Assembly (NCBI GenBank): GCA_946407375.1
Contig: CAMJNS010000005.1
Location: forward strand, 1-61,456
Direction of reading: 5' to 3'
Source of the DNA: an uncultured bacterium
Lineage (GTDB): Bacteria > Muiribacteriota > Ozemobacteria > Ozemobacterales > Ozemobacteraceae
DNA length: 61,456 nucleotides
Below, in pieces: positions 26,780 to 35,984 of this stretch; position 1 is the stretch's first letter, and each line of letters opens with the position of its first letter. Position numbers and translations under genes: made by a program. The notes below the pieces were generated by a model, which had not been told where the DNA came from, did not search any database, and worked only from the letters and a program-made list of their open reading frames with translations.

Positions 26780-27610
26780 TTATAAAAGGTTATATTTTTT
26801 TAATGCTTCAGGTAAATCTTCCCATTTCTTCTCTGTTGCTATGGGTTTGAGCATTTCTACCAATTTAGAAGCGTGAGAAAAAACTTGCGGGTGTTTAATG
26901 TTAAGTTTTGTTAAAACACGAAATGCTTTTTCTCCTAATTTTAAAATAGTATTTTTTACTGTTTCAAATTCATTGTCGTTTGATATTTCTGCAAGCCACA
27001 AAGGTATAAGCTCAGGAGTTTCAAGTTTAAAAACATTTTCTCTGGTTAATATATTATGAATGGCTACACGATAGAAATCTAAGATGTCATCTTCTGGTAA
27101 TGCTAATTTATAAAGAGTATTTACTACTGCAAGACGAATTTCTTCATTGTTTTTTTGTGAATAAGAGTTTTTAACTACAAAAAAACTTGTTGGATCACCA
27201 ATATTTCCAAGAGTGTTTATTGAAGCAGCGATAATTTTAGCATTATCTGTCTTCATTACAGATATGATTTTGGAACTAGCAGTTGTATCTTCTAATTCGC
27301 CTAATCTTTCAAGTATTTTAATGGTTTCGTTAGGGTCTTTGCAGGGTAATTTTTTTATTAAATCATCAATAAACTGAGGTGTTGATGGATCATTTGGATA
27401 TATACGCCAAATTCTAATAGCACTTAGGTTGGGTATTCTTATCCAAGATGCATTATTATTTATAGAATAGTCATCAAACTTTTTTTTAGCCAAAAGTTTT
27501 GCTTCAGAACAATTTTTGGCTTCAACAGTATATTCTATTTTATATTTCCTAGAAGAACCAGCGGATTCTGTATAGGGTATTATAACTTTGTAGATTTTGT
27601 TGGTTTCCAT
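26780..27610 (-). CDS. Hypothetical protein with HEAT/ARM-like helical repeats
   Basis: 276-aa ORF. Repeat-like helical segments (..ILERLGELEDTTASSKIISVM..INTLGNIGDP..) suggest a HEAT-like fold. No catalytic motifs. Confidence 0.45.
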   Translation of the reverse strand: METNKIYKVIIPYTESAGSSRKYKIEYTVEAKNCSEAKLLAKKKFDDYSINNNASWIRIPNLSAIRIWRIYPNDPSTPQFIDDLIKKLPCKDPNETIKILERLGELEDTTASSKIISVMKTDNAKIIAASINTLGNIGDPTSFFVVKNSYSQKNNEEIRLAVVNTLYKLALPEDDILDFYRVAIHNILTRENVFKLETPELIPLWLAEISNDNEFETVKNTILKLGEKAFRVLTKLNIKHPQVFSHASKLVEMLKPIATEKKWEDLPEALKKYNLL

Positions 27611-27678
27611 ATTAATTTGAGATTTTATCAGAAAAAGAATATCTAATCAAGCTTAGCTATATATTATTCAACGAAAAC

Positions 27679-27732
27679 GCATTAAAATTTTTTACTGGAT
27701 CGCTACAGCGTTTTCAACGCCTCGCGATGACG
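27679..27732. repeat. Family-B core fragment (inverted orientation)
   Basis: The reverse complement reads CCGTCATCGCGAGGCGTTGAAAACGCTGTAGCGATCCAGTAAAAAATTTTAATGC. Confidence 0.65.
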
Positions 27733-27808
27733 GTCATTTTTCATACTTAGCTAATGATTAAAAAACAAACTTATGATTATTACAGATTTTATTCTTTCTT
27801 AATAAATT

Positions 27809-28504
27809 TTAATGCGTTTCCCCTGAAATATTATTGGGATTAGAAGCTATAATTGTATTAGAAGAATTTGAACCTGGTGATATAATTCTTATTTTCCCAT
27901 CGCTACCAGTAATTATTTCATAGCTTTCACTATTGTCATCGTAATTTGGTTCTTCATAATACTCAAAGGGTGATTTGGGAGTGTTAGGTTTTTCAGCGGG
28001 TTCTTCTCTTTTCATTGCAGCTTCTAAATCTCTTTTTTTCTTTGCTTCAACACTAGCTGTATATGAGGCAACATTTCTTTTGAGTTTTTCTTTATATAGT
28101 TTTTCTTGTTCTGCTTGTTGTTTCAAGATTGTTTGATTAGCTTCAGCTTCGAGGTCTTTTATAATGGCGCTTTGTTCACCATAAGAAAAATCATCAAGAT
28201 TAGACATTCCTAAAATACTAGAAGTTTCTTCGTCTTCTCTACTTTGGGTAATTTCTTGGTCGCCGAAAATGGATCTAGCCCTTTTTTTCATAGCTTCTGT
28301 GGTTATAGGTTCATAAGTGAATTCAAAGGATTGATTATTGTCATACCCAGAAGATAATGGAGAAGATTTTATTTGAGAATCATTTTTGCGATTTTGATGA
28401 AGAAAAATGTATTTATTCACAGTCTGTGAATTAGACATACTGTTGGATAAAATAATTAAAAGGCTAGCTAATATTAAGGTTAATAAGACAAAATTGTACC
28501 GCAT
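27809..28504 (-). CDS. Secreted or membrane-anchored hypothetical protein
   Basis: 231-aa ORF with an N-terminal hydrophobic segment FVLLTLILASLLIILSN and low-complexity acidic/Lys-rich regions. Confidence 0.5.
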   Translation of the reverse strand: MRYNFVLLTLILASLLIILSNSMSNSQTVNKYIFLHQNRKNDSQIKSSPLSSGYDNNQSFEFTYEPITTEAMKKRARSIFGDQEITQSREDEETSSILGMSNLDDFSYGEQSAIIKDLEAEANQTILKQQAEQEKLYKEKLKRNVASYTASVEAKKKRDLEAAMKREEPAEKPNTPKSPFEYYEEPNYDDNSESYEIITGSDGKIRIISPGSNSSNTIIASNPNNISGETH

Positions 28505-28608
28505 AATATATATTTCGACAATTTATGTTTAAACAATAACCAAATAACAACCAACAACAATAATTGCCTCAGTATATTTTGAGATAAGCTGTTAAGACGA
28601 ATAATAAT

Positions 28609-29061
28609 TTATTTTGTCGAAGGTCTTTTCGATTCGCCAATAACTACGAAGCCTTCATTGCAATTTCCTGGAACAGTGATTTTACAGTTAGGATTTCCTG
28701 TAAAATTAATTTTAGGAGCAAGAACTTCGATATAGTAGGGATTTCCTTGATAGGGTGAAAACTGGGCTTTATAAATCCAGGCATTTACTTCTTCAAAACC
28801 TTCTACTTGTAATTTAATGCGTAGAAATTTGAATACTTCGCCACCTTTAACCATTTTAAAAGCAGGGTGCCAAGGTAAAGGTTCTGTTGTAAAATCTGGA
28901 GAAAGGATAACAAGAGGTTTTTCAAGCAGGACATTTATGGTAGCGGCTTTACAACAGGTTACTTCTGGGAAACATTTTTCAAAAAATGGCATTTGTTCCT
29001 TAACAGTATTTGATGATTCTCCAATACCTTTTTGGATTTTTCCGTTAATATATGCAGCCAT
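28609..29061 (-). CDS. Hypothetical protein
   Basis: 150-aa ORF with no confident motif. There is a weak resemblance to small beta-barrel DUF120-type proteins; I am not relying on it. Confidence 0.45.
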   Translation of the reverse strand: MAAYINGKIQKGIGESSNTVKEQMPFFEKCFPEVTCCKAATINVLLEKPLVILSPDFTTEPLPWHPAFKMVKGGEVFKFLRIKLQVEGFEEVNAWIYKAQFSPYQGNPYYIEVLAPKINFTGNPNCKITVPGNCNEGFVVIGESKRPSTK

Positions 29062-29196
29062 TTTCAGTTCTCCTTGACTTATTTTCTTATTGTTCTTTTA
29101 AAATAGATTACATACTTATTATTTGATTATTCTATAAATAGCATAGAGCAAAGATAAAATTTTGTAAATAGAAAGTTACAACTCTAAGTTAGGGCT

Positions 29197-29230
29197 CATT
29201 ACTAATTACTAATTGCTAATTACAAATTAT
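29197..29230. repeat. Heptamer tandem repeat (ACTAATT unit)
   Basis: CATTACTAATTACTAATTGCTAATTACAAATTAT. Confidence 0.65.
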
Positions 29231-29262
29231 TAAGGTATAATCCTCATTATTGGTAAAGGCAG

Positions 29263-29652
29263 GTGGAGATTATGCAAGATTCTTTTGATATTTGGGAAGA
29301 AAAATTTATTGCAATATGTGAAGAAAAACTTGAAGAAGAACCCATTTATTCTTATGAACACCTTTATAAAAAGCATAAAGATCCACAAAAAGCTTTTGAA
29401 GCATATTTAGAAGAAAATCCCGATTATTCCGAAAAATATGAAGAAATGATTCAGGGAGCAGCAAAAAAATCATCGGTTAGCGAAAGTGAAGGCTTAGCTT
29501 TTCTTGAAATGGCAAAAAAATTAGAAGAGAAAAGAAAATTAAAAGCTGCCGAAAATAAGATTGCTAGCCATGTCAGCAAATATTGTCCAGAATGTGGTCG
29601 CGTTCTTGGAACAAAAAAAGTCTGCAAATGCGGATATAGGGTTAAGAAATGA
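29263..29652 (+). CDS. Small acidic protein with a C-terminal zinc ribbon
   Basis: 129-aa ORF (GTG at 29263, or ATG at 29272). C-terminal CPECG..CKCG. Its stop overlaps the start of the downstream gene (ATGA). Confidence 0.5.
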   Translation: MEIMQDSFDIWEEKFIAICEEKLEEEPIYSYEHLYKKHKDPQKAFEAYLEENPDYSEKYEEMIQGAAKKSSVSESEGLAFLEMAKKLEEKRKLKAAENKIASHVSKYCPECGRVLGTKKVCKCGYRVKK

Positions 29653-31091
29653 AAATACTAATTACAGATAAAAATGGACAAATTCTTTATGAAGGAAGTC
29701 CTAGCCTTCATGGTGATGGTGTCGTAATTGGAAGTGGAAATGATTGCGATATTCAGCTAAATAAAATGGGTGTTTCACGCCGTCAAATTCAATTGAGATA
29801 TAATTCTGAAGGCTATTTGACACTTCAAGATTTACAAAGTCCTTATGGCACAATTGTTAATGGCAATAAGATTCAACCAGGTTTTATAGCTACCATTAAC
29901 CCTGGTTGTTTTATAGAAATGACCGATGATGTTTTCGTTTCCTTGCAGTTAGAAGGAAATGAAGCTATGGATAGCCCTGATAGCGACAGGTTTTTTCCTT
30001 TTTTCCTAAATAGTAATGAAAGCTTTGTTCGCAAAAGTTTCGCCACTATTCGTTCTAAAATACCTAGACAGTATTACCCTGCGTTATCTGCGACAGAAGG
30101 CGAAATGGTAACACGCATTAAAGAGCTTTCAGCAGTGCTCGAAGTTAGTTATGCATTAAATTCTATAGCTAGTTTTCCTAGACTGCTTGATTTTACTCTT
30201 GAAATGGCAATTAATGTTACTGGCGGCGAACGTGCTGTAATGATGCTATTTAATGAAGAACTTGGCAGGCTAGAAACTGTTGCTATGATTAATTTCAACA
30301 ACGATGAAATAACAGAAGATTTACAAGCAACTTCGTTTTTGGTTAGCAAATGCTTTGATACAGGAGAATCTCTGATAGGACCTTCCCATAATTTTAGAAA
30401 TCCAAGTCCTAAACAAAAGGGTCCAGAAGATGTTGGTATATTGTCTGTAGCTGTAGTGCCTTTGAAAGAAATGACAAATCATATAGGTGTTCTTTATGTA
30501 GACACAAAACATTCTGGCAACATAATGACTTCTCGCACTGATCAGATGCTTAAGATTTTCGCGGCTCAGGCTTCTGTGGCTATAAACAGAACGAAAATGT
30601 ATTATTCAGCAACTACAGATCAAATCACAGGTGTTGCCAACGAAAATCTTTTTATGCAAAGGCTTACTGAAGAATTTTGCAGAGCTCAAAGATATAGAAA
30701 AGATATTTCATTGATTCTAATGGATTTAGACCACTTTTCAGCAATAAATGAAAATTACGGTGAAAATACCGGGAATCGTGTGTTGAAGGAAGTCGGCAAG
30801 TTGTTCCGTTCGGCAACTAGAATACATGATTGTGTGGCACGATTTGGAGCGGATAGCTTTGCGATGTTGCTTCCGGAAACTCCATATTCTGGGGCATTGG
30901 TAGCTGCAAACAAGTTGAAAACTTCTCTAAACCAGACAAAAGTAAGGTCAGGGAACCAGACAATTATGTTAACAGGTAGCTTTGGTATTTCAAGTAGTTC
31001 GGTAGCAACGGCAAAACCTGGTGATTTGTTAAAATTAGCGGAAAAATCTTTGAAATTAGCTCGTAAACGCGGTGGTAATCAAATTGCTTAA
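29649..31091 (+). CDS. FHA-GAF-GGDEF domain protein with a degenerate active site (GADSF)
   Basis: FHA: VVIGSGNDCDIQL..VSRRQIQL..LQDLQSPYGTIVNGNKI. GAF: FTLEMAINVTGGERAVMMLFNEE. GGDEF fold: LMDLDHFSAINENYGENTGNRVL...RIHDCVARFGADSFAMLL. Confidence 0.85.
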   Translation: MKILITDKNGQILYEGSPSLHGDGVVIGSGNDCDIQLNKMGVSRRQIQLRYNSEGYLTLQDLQSPYGTIVNGNKIQPGFIATINPGCFIEMTDDVFVSLQLEGNEAMDSPDSDRFFPFFLNSNESFVRKSFATIRSKIPRQYYPALSATEGEMVTRIKELSAVLEVSYALNSIASFPRLLDFTLEMAINVTGGERAVMMLFNEELGRLETVAMINFNNDEITEDLQATSFLVSKCFDTGESLIGPSHNFRNPSPKQKGPEDVGILSVAVVPLKEMTNHIGVLYVDTKHSGNIMTSRTDQMLKIFAAQASVAINRTKMYYSATTDQITGVANENLFMQRLTEEFCRAQRYRKDISLILMDLDHFSAINENYGENTGNRVLKEVGKLFRSATRIHDCVARFGADSFAMLLPETPYSGALVAANKLKTSLNQTKVRSGNQTIMLTGSFGISSSSVATAKPGDLLKLAEKSLKLARKRGGNQIA

Positions 31092-31203
31092 TAAAAATTG
31101 AAGAGCATAATCAGAAGCTCTCAATTGACGATTATAAAAAATACAATCTTTATATATTACCAAAGCAAGAGTTTATTCATATAAAAAATAGGAAGTTACA
31201 CTT

Positions 31204-32850
31204 ATGATGAATCCATTAGACAATCTTAATCTTTCTAGAAGTCAAAAAAAGAACTTAGATGAGTTAGAAAAGCTTGCAGGTTTTTCTCCTTCTAAGAACA
31301 AAAATATGGTTTCCCAATTAGCTGGAGACCTTGTTAAGAAAAAAGAACCGAAAGAAGAAAATAGAAAAGATAAAGAAGAAAATAGATTTTGGAATATTCA
31401 TAAGAGATTTGCTGAATCATACGAAAAAAACGGTCGTGCTTTTGCTCTTTTTGTAGGCGACTTGTTGGATATTATGCTGAGCGGTCCTGTTCAGTCTAAT
31501 TTGGTTAGTGAATTAATAGAAGAAAAAATAACTAAAATTCGCAAACAGCGTGAAAAAGAATTATTAGAAGAAGCTGCTAGAAAAAAATCTAAATATACTG
31601 TTAGTGGAAAACGAAATGCCAAATATGATGTAGAAATTGGTGGAGAAAAGAGAATATTCTCTAGACATTTCCTTAAAAGAAAAAGATTTTTAGCTTCATT
31701 GTTTTTGGATAGTGATGAATTTTCTGCTTTTAAAAAGTTAGTTAAACAAATAGACGTAGTATGTAAACAAACAGAAACAGAAAGTATACCTAGTAGTGAA
31801 GAAGCTAGAATAGAAGCCATAGATAAAATATTAGGCGAACTTCGTTATGAAATAAAACCTGTTGATGTTATTCGATTTTGGAAGCTTTTGGATGCGGATA
31901 ATTTTAAGTATCTAGATGAAATATTTAATAAAACAAGAAATTTAAATTTAGTAAGACCAACATTTTATGAAGATGTAGACAAAGCTTACAGAGATGGCAA
32001 AAAGCTTTTAAAACTTCTTATTCAAGATGTTCAAACAGAGTTCCCTCCTCATGAAGATAAACAAGATGCTTATGAAGATTATTTGAAAGATATTTTAGAG
32101 GTTTACACACATCATCACTTCGTTTTGAAGCATTTTAATCAAACAAGACCAAATATATCGCTTAAAGATTTTGAATTGACCAAAGAAGAACTTCAGGAAA
32201 AAATTGGAGAAATGCGTTCCGAAAGCGATAAACTTAAAGAGCAAATTAACAGGCTTATTATTGAAAGAGATCAAGCAAAAGCAGAAACTAGAGCTATAAA
32301 GATTGAAAATGAAGAGATAAAAGCTAAATTAGAAAAGCTTGATCCTGCAGAAGTTAAAAAGCAGTTATCTGCTGCTGAAGCAAAAGTAAACGCTGCAAAG
32401 AAAGAATTAAAGGAAACCTTAGAAGAAGATGCACTTTTAAGAAGTGAGTTTAGAAAGCTTGATAATGACAATCAGGAATTAACCAATAAACTCAGACAAT
32501 TAAATGCTCTTCCTGATGAAAATGCAAATTCTGTTGAAGGTTTGATGAAAGGCAAGAGAATAGTTATATTTGGTGGTGGCAGTCGTGAGCAATACTGGCC
32601 TGTTTTAAAAGAAGCAGGTGTTGAAGAAACTGATTACGAATGGTATGACGGTTTCCATACTATTAGTCAGGCTAGAACTAATGAAATAGTTGGAAGATGT
32701 GATGTTGCTGTTGTTATGACTAGTTATGCCGGGCACTTGTATCTTTTTCAGGTGAGAGCTTGCATAAAAGAAAACCAGCATTTGTTCTTAATTCATAATT
32801 CTGGTGCAGGTACCTTAAGAACCGAAATACTTAATACCTTCGGTAAGTAG
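31204..32850 (+). CDS. Coiled-coil protein with a C-terminal DUF2325-like domain
   Basis: 548-aa ORF with a long heptad-rich centre. The C-terminus GKRIVIFGGGSREQYWPVLKEAG..CDVAVVMTSYAGH resembles DUF2325 (from memory). Confidence 0.55.
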   Translation: MMNPLDNLNLSRSQKKNLDELEKLAGFSPSKNKNMVSQLAGDLVKKKEPKEENRKDKEENRFWNIHKRFAESYEKNGRAFALFVGDLLDIMLSGPVQSNLVSELIEEKITKIRKQREKELLEEAARKKSKYTVSGKRNAKYDVEIGGEKRIFSRHFLKRKRFLASLFLDSDEFSAFKKLVKQIDVVCKQTETESIPSSEEARIEAIDKILGELRYEIKPVDVIRFWKLLDADNFKYLDEIFNKTRNLNLVRPTFYEDVDKAYRDGKKLLKLLIQDVQTEFPPHEDKQDAYEDYLKDILEVYTHHHFVLKHFNQTRPNISLKDFELTKEELQEKIGEMRSESDKLKEQINRLIIERDQAKAETRAIKIENEEIKAKLEKLDPAEVKKQLSAAEAKVNAAKKELKETLEEDALLRSEFRKLDNDNQELTNKLRQLNALPDENANSVEGLMKGKRIVIFGGGSREQYWPVLKEAGVEETDYEWYDGFHTISQARTNEIVGRCDVAVVMTSYAGHLYLFQVRACIKENQHLFLIHNSGAGTLRTEILNTFGK

Positions 32851-32866
32851 TGATTTCAGCCCCCGT

Positions 32867-33044
32867 GAGGCTGTGCGAAAACTTGAAATTAGCTAAATAA
32901 TTAGTATTAATTTTTCGTAGTCTACACATTGTCATAAACGTATAGCTTTCAGAGCTAAAGCCCATACGCTATACTTTTTATGACAAATGTGTAGACAATT
33001 AGCATAATCTAATTTGAGCTAGAAACCTAGTTTTTAGACAGTCT
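32867..33044. mobile_element. MITE-like element, family A, copy 2
   Basis: It has the same core (32918-32998 is nearly identical to 18045-18125). The ends are GAGGCTGTGCGAAAACTTGAAATTAGC and CTAGTTTTTAGACAGTCT. Confidence 0.8.
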
Positions 33045-33056
33045 ATCAAGAGGGGG

Positions 33057-33926
33057 TTAATTAGATATATCTCTGTGAATTACTGATGTTGCGATTCTTG
33101 GATCAGAAATGGTTCTGAATAGGTATTCTGCAAAAGCGACAGAGCGATGGTGCCCACCAGTGCACCCTATGCCTATCTGCAATCTGGTTTTGGGCTCACT
33201 TATAAACAAAGGTATCTGAAATTCGATAAAACCTCTAAGTCGTTTAGCATATTGTTCTGCTATTTTAGAAGAAAATACATAATCATAAACTGCTTTATCA
33301 GCGCCGGTAAGATGTTTTAATTCAGGAATATAAAAAGGATTAGGTAAAAATCTTACATCGAAAATTAAATCGCAGTCTTCTGGTATTCCATGTTTATAGC
33401 CAAAGCTTACAAAGACTACAGACATAGATTTTGAACCTATTTTTTCTAATGAGAAAGTACGTAGTTCTTCTTGTAATTCTCTTCCTGTAAGCATAGACGT
33501 ATCTATGACATAATCTGCTTTTAATCTTGTAGTTTCAAGAATACGTCGTTCTTCTTTTATGTCGTCGCTTACTCTTCCACCTTTGTTAAGAGGGTGTTTT
33601 CTGCGAGTTTCTGAGAATCTATGAATAAGAATATTGTCAGAAGCTTCTAGGAAAAGGATTTTTACCTGAACCTTCATTTGTTTTATTTCTTCGATTGCGC
33701 TAAAAAGATTATGGAAGAAAGAGCCACCTCTTGCGTCAATTACAACTGCAAGTTTGTTCATTGAACCATTAGATTCAAGACAAATTTGAATAAATTTAGG
33801 TAACAAAGCTGGTGGAACATTGTCCATACAAAAATAACCGGCATCTTCAAAAAAGTGAGAAGCCGTTGTTTTGCCTGCTCCAGACATACCTGTAATTATT
33901 ATAAGTTGAATAGCTGAATCGACCAT
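33057..33926 (-). CDS. rapZ: RNase adapter protein RapZ (YvcJ/GlmZ-adapter family P-loop protein)
   Basis: Walker A GMSGAGKTTA, FLEASDNILIHRFSETRRKHPL, and C-terminal GCTGGHHRSVAFAEYL. Confidence 0.9.
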   Translation of the reverse strand: MVDSAIQLIIITGMSGAGKTTASHFFEDAGYFCMDNVPPALLPKFIQICLESNGSMNKLAVVIDARGGSFFHNLFSAIEEIKQMKVQVKILFLEASDNILIHRFSETRRKHPLNKGGRVSDDIKEERRILETTRLKADYVIDTSMLTGRELQEELRTFSLEKIGSKSMSVVFVSFGYKHGIPEDCDLIFDVRFLPNPFYIPELKHLTGADKAVYDYVFSSKIAEQYAKRLRGFIEFQIPLFISEPKTRLQIGIGCTGGHHRSVAFAEYLFRTISDPRIATSVIHRDISN

Positions 33927-34074
33927 TCGTTCATTATGGTTTAATTGATTTTAAAAGTCAAGCAGTAAATTTAGGTATTTAGAGGTTATCCGAGGGGTTA
34001 CAAAAAACATTTGGCATATCTATATAAAAATGTTATTCTGCAAAAGATAAACAATTATTTTTTGGAGGCTTTTT

Positions 34075-34812
34075 ATGGCTAGACATGATGGACGTGCTGT
34101 AGATCAGCTCAGAGAAGTAACAATACAGACAGGCTATGTTAAATATCCTCATGGTTCTGTTCTTATATCTTTTGGTGATACAAAAGTTCTTTGTACTGTT
34201 CAAGTGGAAGAAAGCGTTCCCGATCATGTTAAAGCAAAAAGTGAAACAATGGGCTGGATAACTGCTGAATATGCTCTCATGCCAGGAGCTGGCTTAAGAA
34301 GAAGTGAAAGACCTGGTTATGGTAATGCTAAAGTTAAGGGAAGAGCTCATGAAATCATGCGTTTAATAGGTCGTTCTATGCGTGCTGCTATTGATTTAAA
34401 CAAGCTTGGACCTAGAACTCTAATGATAGATTGTGATGTCGTTCAAGCAGATGGTGGAACTAGAACAGCTTCTATTACAGGTTCTATGGTAGCATTAGAA
34501 ATAGCTGTTAAAAAACTTATGGCTGAAGGAAAACTTACTCAGAATCCAATAATGCACCGTATAGCTGCCATAAGTGTTGGTGTTAACAAAGGTCAGACAA
34601 TTCTAGACCTTGATTATATTGAAGATTCACATGCTGAAACAGATTTAAATCTTGTTATGACAGAAGATGGCGGATTTGTTGAAGTTCAAGGTACTGCCGA
34701 AAACGGTGCAACTTATAACCGTGCTCAATTAGAAGAAATGCTTCGTTTAGGAGAAGGTGGAATTAAGAAGCTTTTTGAAATTCAGAAAAAAGCTTTGGAG
34801 TCAGCAAAGTGA
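34075..34812 (+). CDS. rph: Ribonuclease PH
   Basis: MARHDGRAVDQLREV..HGSVLISFGDTKVLCT..DCDVVQADGGTRTASITG is canonical RNase PH. Confidence 0.95.
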   Translation: MARHDGRAVDQLREVTIQTGYVKYPHGSVLISFGDTKVLCTVQVEESVPDHVKAKSETMGWITAEYALMPGAGLRRSERPGYGNAKVKGRAHEIMRLIGRSMRAAIDLNKLGPRTLMIDCDVVQADGGTRTASITGSMVALEIAVKKLMAEGKLTQNPIMHRIAAISVGVNKGQTILDLDYIEDSHAETDLNLVMTEDGGFVEVQGTAENGATYNRAQLEEMLRLGEGGIKKLFEIQKKALESAK

Positions 34813-35393
34813 ATATCTGGGTAGCAACACAAAATTCACATAAAGTTGAAGAAATTACCAGTATCTTATCGCCAATAAAAGTTAAAAGCTTTTTGGATCT
34901 TAAGAATCCACCAGATGTTGATGAAAATGGTTCTACTTATTCTGAAAATGCATTAATAAAAGCTAAAGCTTTATATGACATAGTTCATGAACCAGTCTTT
35001 GCCGATGATTCCGGCTTAGAAGTCGATGCCCTAGACGGTAAACCTGGAATACATTCGGCAAGATTTTCAGGTCCTGATACAAATCATGCTAGAAATGTAG
35101 CTAAAATGCTAGAAGTCATGAAAGACGTTCCAGATGAAAAAAGAACTGCTAGATTTCGATGTGTGATTGTTTATATTGACGAAAAAGGCAAAACTCACGA
35201 ATTTACTGGAATTCTGGAAGGAAAAATTGGTTATAAACCATTAGGCAATGGTGGATTTGGTTACGATCCAATTTTTATGCTTCCAGAGAAGAATTGTTCT
35301 GTCGCACAACTTTCAGCCGATGAAAAAAATGTGATTAGTCATAGAGCTTATGCTCTAGAAAAATTTAAGAAGTATCTTAATAATAATGAGTGA
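34809..35393 (+). CDS. rdgB: dITP/XTP pyrophosphatase RdgB (HAM1 family)
   Basis: ATQNSHKVEE..ENALIKA..FADDSGLEVDALDGKPGIHSARF..GGFGYDPIF..ISHRAYAL. It has a 4-nt overlap with rph. Confidence 0.9.
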   Translation: MNIWVATQNSHKVEEITSILSPIKVKSFLDLKNPPDVDENGSTYSENALIKAKALYDIVHEPVFADDSGLEVDALDGKPGIHSARFSGPDTNHARNVAKMLEVMKDVPDEKRTARFRCVIVYIDEKGKTHEFTGILEGKIGYKPLGNGGFGYDPIFMLPEKNCSVAQLSADEKNVISHRAYALEKFKKYLNNNE

Positions 35394-35419
35394 TTAGAAA
35401 TTTGGAATTGGGAGAGCAA

Positions 35420-35950
35420 ATGTCGCAGATTATTCCTTTATTTAAAAAAAAGTCGGAAAAAGAGCCAAAGCCTGAAGTTAACGAAAAGGCTTTTGAAAAG
35501 TTTTTTGTTTTTACTTTATCTGGTAAGGCTTTTGCTACTTTGGCAGTTGATGTAGCTGAAGTAGCTGCATATTCCTCGTTAATTGAAATTCCAAAAAATT
35601 CAGAAATCATTTCTGGTGTGGTAAACGTTCGCGGTAATGTTATACCTATTTTAAATCTTAGAAAAAGATTGGATTTACTAGAAGATTATCAAGTAGATAA
35701 CAAAACCAAGATTATTTATTTTAAAATCAAGCAAGATTTCCTTGTAGGAATGATTGTAGATGATATAAATTTTCGTTTGGTAGAAGGTATGCTGTTACCT
35801 CAATCAGACTCTAATAATTCTAGTGACCCTCAAAATCAGGTTTATATGGAAGAAAAGGATATTAATAATAAGTTTCCTGTTTTTTCCATAGAGTCTTATA
35901 TTAAACCCTCTGAATTTGATGATATTCAGCAGGTATTAGATTCGTTCTAG
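35420..35950 (+). CDS. CheW-like domain protein
   Basis: ORF track gives 35390..35950. The ATG at 35420 follows GGGAGAG. FVFTLSGKAFATLAVDVAEV..IPKNSEIISGVVNVRGNVIPILNLRKRL matches the CheW domain. Confidence 0.7.
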   Translation: MSQIIPLFKKKSEKEPKPEVNEKAFEKFFVFTLSGKAFATLAVDVAEVAAYSSLIEIPKNSEIISGVVNVRGNVIPILNLRKRLDLLEDYQVDNKTKIIYFKIKQDFLVGMIVDDINFRLVEGMLLPQSDSNNSSDPQNQVYMEEKDINNKFPVFSIESYIKPSEFDDIQQVLDSF

Positions 35951-35984
35951 CAAAAGTTTCATGTGAAACAATAAAGGTTAAAAA

